IMG/VR virus record: IMGVR_UViG_3300042273_000209
Origin: a virus
Length of the DNA: 36,310 nucleotides
Direction: 5' to 3' (one strand)
The notes under the pieces are model-generated. The model worked only from the letters and a program-made list of their open reading frames with translations, was not told where the DNA came from and made no database searches. Below, one piece after another: positions 33,361-36,310 of the stretch. Made by a program: the position numbers and the translations under genes. How positions within the stretch are numbered: position 1 is the stretch's first letter; every line of letters starts with the position of its first letter.

Positions 33361-34410
33361 ATGACCGGTGACTATCGCATTAAAATAGGCTTCTTCCGGC
33401 ATCACAAGACCAAGCGCCTCAAAAAGAAAGGCGGAGCTGATGCCGTCGTTGCCCTGCTTCAGCTTTGGGAATGGGCAGCGGAGCAAAGGCCCGACGGAGA
33501 CCTGCGCGGCCTGTCCGCTGAGGACATCGACATCGTCGTCGATTGGGACTCAAACATGCCGTTGGCCACACTCCTCTCCGAGGCGGGATTCCTGGATGGT
33601 GACGAGGGAGAGTATCGGTTGCACGACTGGGCCGACCACAATCCCTGGGTAGCCGAATCGGCGCGGAGGAGCGACGCCGCCAGGCTGTCGCGGCTGGCCC
33701 GCGAGAACCCCGAGGCGGCCTCGGCCCTGCGAGACGAGGGGCGTATTGGCATCACCGAAGAAGAGTATCGCGCGCTAAAGCTCGGCACGAATAACGAGCG
33801 TGACACAAACATGAAACAACCGAACAACGACCGTAGTACGACCGTAGTACGACCGTCAACGCTTCGTTCTACTCCTGCTCCTGCTCCTGCTCCTGCTCTT
33901 GATCCTGCTCTTGATCCTGCTCTTGATCCTGAACCAAAAGACAAGGGTCAAAAGCAAAAGACGTCGCCTGGGCTATCGCCGGCGACCCCTTCGGCGGCCC
34001 CACCACCCCTGATCCAGCCGGAGGATATCCCCTACCAGGCCATCGTGGATGTCTATCACGAGGTGCTGCCGGAGCTCCCCAGGGTCCGCATACTAACCGA
34101 TGCACGCCGAAAGGCGATTCGCAGCCGGCTGAGATCAGATGCCGACCGGCGCGATCTGGAGTGGTGGAGGCGCTATTTCCTGGCAGTTCGACCGTGCCGC
34201 TTTCTCTTCGGCGCGAATAACCGCAACTGGACGGCCTCGTTCGATTTCCTGCTAAGCCAGAAGGGCATGGCCGGAGTCCTCGAAGGCAAGTACGCGGACA
34301 GAAAAGGCGCGACCGCGACGCCGTCCGGTTCCATCGCTGCCTACGTTGACGCGATGTTCCCGGACGAACCGGATGTGCTCGATGCGGAGGTGATTGGCGG
34401 TGACGGATAG
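33361..34410 (+). CDS. Putative replication initiation / organizer protein with internal tandem-repeat linker
   Basis: Position in replication module; conserved C-terminal segment WTASFDFLLSQKGMAGVLEGKY. Confidence 0.45.
   Translation: MTGDYRIKIGFFRHHKTKRLKKKGGADAVVALLQLWEWAAEQRPDGDLRGLSAEDIDIVVDWDSNMPLATLLSEAGFLDGDEGEYRLHDWADHNPWVAESARRSDAARLSRLARENPEAASALRDEGRIGITEEEYRALKLGTNNERDTNMKQPNNDRSTTVVRPSTLRSTPAPAPAPALDPALDPALDPEPKDKGQKQKTSPGLSPATPSAAPPPLIQPEDIPYQAIVDVYHEVLPELPRVRILTDARRKAIRSRLRSDADRRDLEWWRRYFLAVRPCRFLFGANNRNWTASFDFLLSQKGMAGVLEGKYADRKGATATPSGSIAAYVDAMFPDEPDVLDAEVIGGDG
33830..33930 (+). repeat. Cluster of short tandem repeats (candidate origin iterons)
   Basis: ccgtagtacga x2.5, cctgct x4, cttgatcctgct x3 in direct succession. 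Confidence 0.6.
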
Positions 34411-35065
34411 CGACAAAAAACGATTCGCCGGGCTATGGGTGTCGTATCACGAACTGGCCAGCGGGAAGCGGCCATCGATTGAATCAGTCGGCCTGGCCTA
34501 CAAGCTCCTACGCCCTTACCCGATAGACCTGATCGAGCAGGCGCTTGAGGTGCACGGTAGAACAAGCCCCTACGCCCCAAAGCCGGCGGACGTCGCGAAG
34601 ATCCTGATGGGATCGGCAGAGGACCGCGCCAGACGCGCCTGGCTGGACGCGAAGGAGGCCATGGCTCGGTGGGGCTCCCACGAATCGGTTTCGCTCCGGG
34701 ATCCGTGGGCGCATTACGCGATCTCGGCCATCGGCGGCTGGCCCGCCTTCGGCGAGATCTCCGAAGATGAGGCCCCTTTCCGCGAGAAGGATTTTTGTCG
34801 GCACTACGCCGATGCCGAGCGTATGGGGCTCTCCTGGGGGGCTCCGGGCGTGCCGGATCACCTGGCCGGGCGGCATGAGATCGCCAACAGGATGAGCGGC
34901 TGCGCCTTCGAGCTGGAGATCCGCGATTCGAGCACACCTCTGCGGATCGTGCCTCGGGACGAGGGGGACAGTCCCGCTCTTCGGAGCGGAGAGATCTCCG
35001 AGGAGGAGCGGCAGCGGAATCTGGCCGGCGTGCGGCAGCTCGTCGCTGGAGTCCTCGGGCAATGA
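34394..35065 (+). CDS. Hypothetical replication-module protein (possible helicase-loader analogue)
   Basis: Follows replication protein, precedes RusA; TTG/GTG start. Confidence 0.4.
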   Translation: MAVTDSDKKRFAGLWVSYHELASGKRPSIESVGLAYKLLRPYPIDLIEQALEVHGRTSPYAPKPADVAKILMGSAEDRARRAWLDAKEAMARWGSHESVSLRDPWAHYAISAIGGWPAFGEISEDEAPFREKDFCRHYADAERMGLSWGAPGVPDHLAGRHEIANRMSGCAFELEIRDSSTPLRIVPRDEGDSPALRSGEISEEERQRNLAGVRQLVAGVLGQ

Positions 35066-35463
35066 GGGGTGTCCGAAGGGCGATCAAGGCAGAGATCCCG
35101 GGACTCCCGGTAAGCCTCTGGAAGGCCTACCGAAACCGAAAAGGGGGAGGGAAATGCCTCTCTGCGGAGGCGCGAGCCTGGTGCGACGAAGCAGCGCTAC
35201 ACCTAGCCCGGCACCGTCCGAAGCGGCCGATAAGCGGCCGCGTGAGGCTTGAGATTACCCTGACCTCGCCGGGCGCGCGGCGGTGGGACGTCGAAAACCG
35301 CGTGAAGGTGCTGTCCGACCTGCTCACGCGGATGGACTTCTGGAGAGACGACAGCCAGGTCTGGGAGCTTGTCGTCACGCGGAAAGAGGGGCGGCCGGCG
35401 CGAACGGAGATCACGATAGCTCCTTTTCGAGGCATCGCCCCTGGACAGGAGGGCGCCAAATGA
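35062..35463 (+). CDS. rusA: RusA-family Holliday junction resolvase
   Basis: RWDVENRVKVLSDLLTRMDFWRDDSQVWELV typical of RusA. Confidence 0.75.
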   Translation: MRGVRRAIKAEIPGLPVSLWKAYRNRKGGGKCLSAEARAWCDEAALHLARHRPKRPISGRVRLEITLTSPGARRWDVENRVKVLSDLLTRMDFWRDDSQVWELVVTRKEGRPARTEITIAPFRGIAPGQEGAK

Positions 35464-35642
35464 AACTAGCCGAACGACCGGAATCGGAGCTGCTTGCCAA
35501 ACGGAAAGAGCTTGAACATGAGGCCGAGCGATCCCCGCTCAAGGCCGTGAAAACCCGGAACAAACGCTGGATCGCGCAGATTGACGCCGAGCTGGCGCGG
35601 CGCGCCGAAGAATTGGAGCGAGCGCAGGGGAGGGTGCTCTGA
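35460..35642 (+). CDS. Hypothetical coiled-coil protein (60 aa)
   Basis: ATGA coupling. Confidence 0.4.
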   Translation: MKLAERPESELLAKRKELEHEAERSPLKAVKTRNKRWIAQIDAELARRAEELERAQGRVL

Positions 35643-35917
35643 TGGCCGTTCCGGCGATGGAGCAGTCGATACTGTCCAGGGATGCCCAGCTGGCCCGGTG
35701 GCAGAGGCTGACTCCCAGCGAGAGAGACACGGGAATGCTCCTGGTCGGCGGCCTTTCTCCCCTGGAGATTGCGGCAAGGACGGGAGTGTCGAAGGCCCTG
35801 GCGCAGCATCGGGTTCGGCAGGCGAGGTGGGCGATGGGGCTGAGGGGGGCGACGATGGAGAGGACGCGGGACGAGCTCCGGGCGTTCCTGGCAGAGGCGG
35901 AGGAGTGGATAGAGTGA
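35642..35917 (+). CDS. Small HTH regulator (sigma region 4 / LuxR-like), candidate late-gene activator
   Basis: LTPSERDTGMLLVGGLSPLEIAARTGVSKALAQHRV; sits just upstream of the packaging/structural genes on the circle. Confidence 0.5.
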   Translation: MAVPAMEQSILSRDAQLARWQRLTPSERDTGMLLVGGLSPLEIAARTGVSKALAQHRVRQARWAMGLRGATMERTRDELRAFLAEAEEWIE

Positions 35918-36009
35918 GACGAATGGAGATCTCTGACCAGGCCCGAATTAACCGTGTCGGCGAGGACTCTCCCGAACACTCGCAAATCAACGCATAAGGA
36001 GGGAACACC

Positions 36010-36310
36010 ATGTCATTCATCAATCCGTGTCACCGCAGACTCGCCTATGGCGACGGTCACATCCAGGGCGACGGCCAGCTCGGCCAGGTGGTCCGCGTGG
36101 TCGGCGACGACCTGTTCGCCGTCAACACCGATCCCACCAAGCGCTCCTTCGGCATCCTGATCAAGGACTACAAGAACGGAGAGATGCCCGGCATCTACTG
36201 CGACGGCGGCGTTTACGAGACTGACGCCTTCGAAGGGACCGTCGTCGCCGGAGACGACCTGAAAGTTTCGGCGAGCGGTCGGCTGACCAACGGCATCGCG
36301 GCCGGAGAGC
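36010..36310 (+). CDS. N-terminal part of junction-spanning gene (continues at 3-152); hypothetical beta-rich protein
   Basis: AAGGAGGG RBS 6 nt before ATG; frame stays open into the terminal repeat. Confidence 0.4.
   Translation, partial: MSFINPCHRRLAYGDGHIQGDGQLGQVVRVVGDDLFAVNTDPTKRSFGILIKDYKNGEMPGIYCDGGVYETDAFEGTVVAGDDLKVSASGRLTNGIAAGE
36221..36310. repeat. Terminal direct repeat, copy of 1-90
   Basis: Identical to bases 1-90. Confidence 0.9.

Noticed and set aside
36010-36310. Firm DUF2190 capsid decoration call for the junction-spanning gene
   Set aside because: The beta-rich pattern is suggestive, but the gene is not adjacent to the capsid gene and I cannot confirm family membership without a search; kept as hypothetical.

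Overview
The window looks like a complete, circularly permuted genome of a GC-rich tailed phage or prophage. Bases 1-90 are repeated at 36221-36310, giving about 36.2 kb of unique sequence, and one gene runs across that junction. Plus-strand layout: a small accessory block (MazG-like NTP pyrophosphohydrolase, Lar-like zinc ribbon, small ORFs including an NrdD-like glycyl-radical peptide, HNH endonuclease); a visibly AT-rich inserted cassette (ParB-like, DpdA-like transglycosylase, YhhQ-type queuosine-precursor transporter); then small and large terminase, portal, prohead protease, HK97-type major capsid protein, head-tail joining genes, two paralogous major tail proteins, a G/GT chaperone with a -1 slippery site, tape measure, lambda M/L/K/J-like tail tip genes, a tail fibre with a low-GC C-terminus, and a lysis cassette ending in a bidirectional terminator. 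A minus-strand block of seven small genes (25678-29095) sits downstream of a near-consensus promoter and inverted-repeat operator. It includes a second ParB-like protein and a PARP-like mini ADP-ribosyltransferase candidate, and its intergenic regions carry two canonical type II hammerhead ribozyme motifs plus other repeated hairpin elements. The rest of the plus strand holds an RHH regulator, AlpA-like HTH protein, PD-(D/E)XK exonuclease, RecT, SSB, a replication protein with internal tandem repeats, RusA and a small HTH regulator. No integrase, tRNA or CRISPR array was recognised. All calls are from reading the sequence and motif memory; no database search was run, and hand-derived coordinates for non-CDS elements may be off by a base or two.
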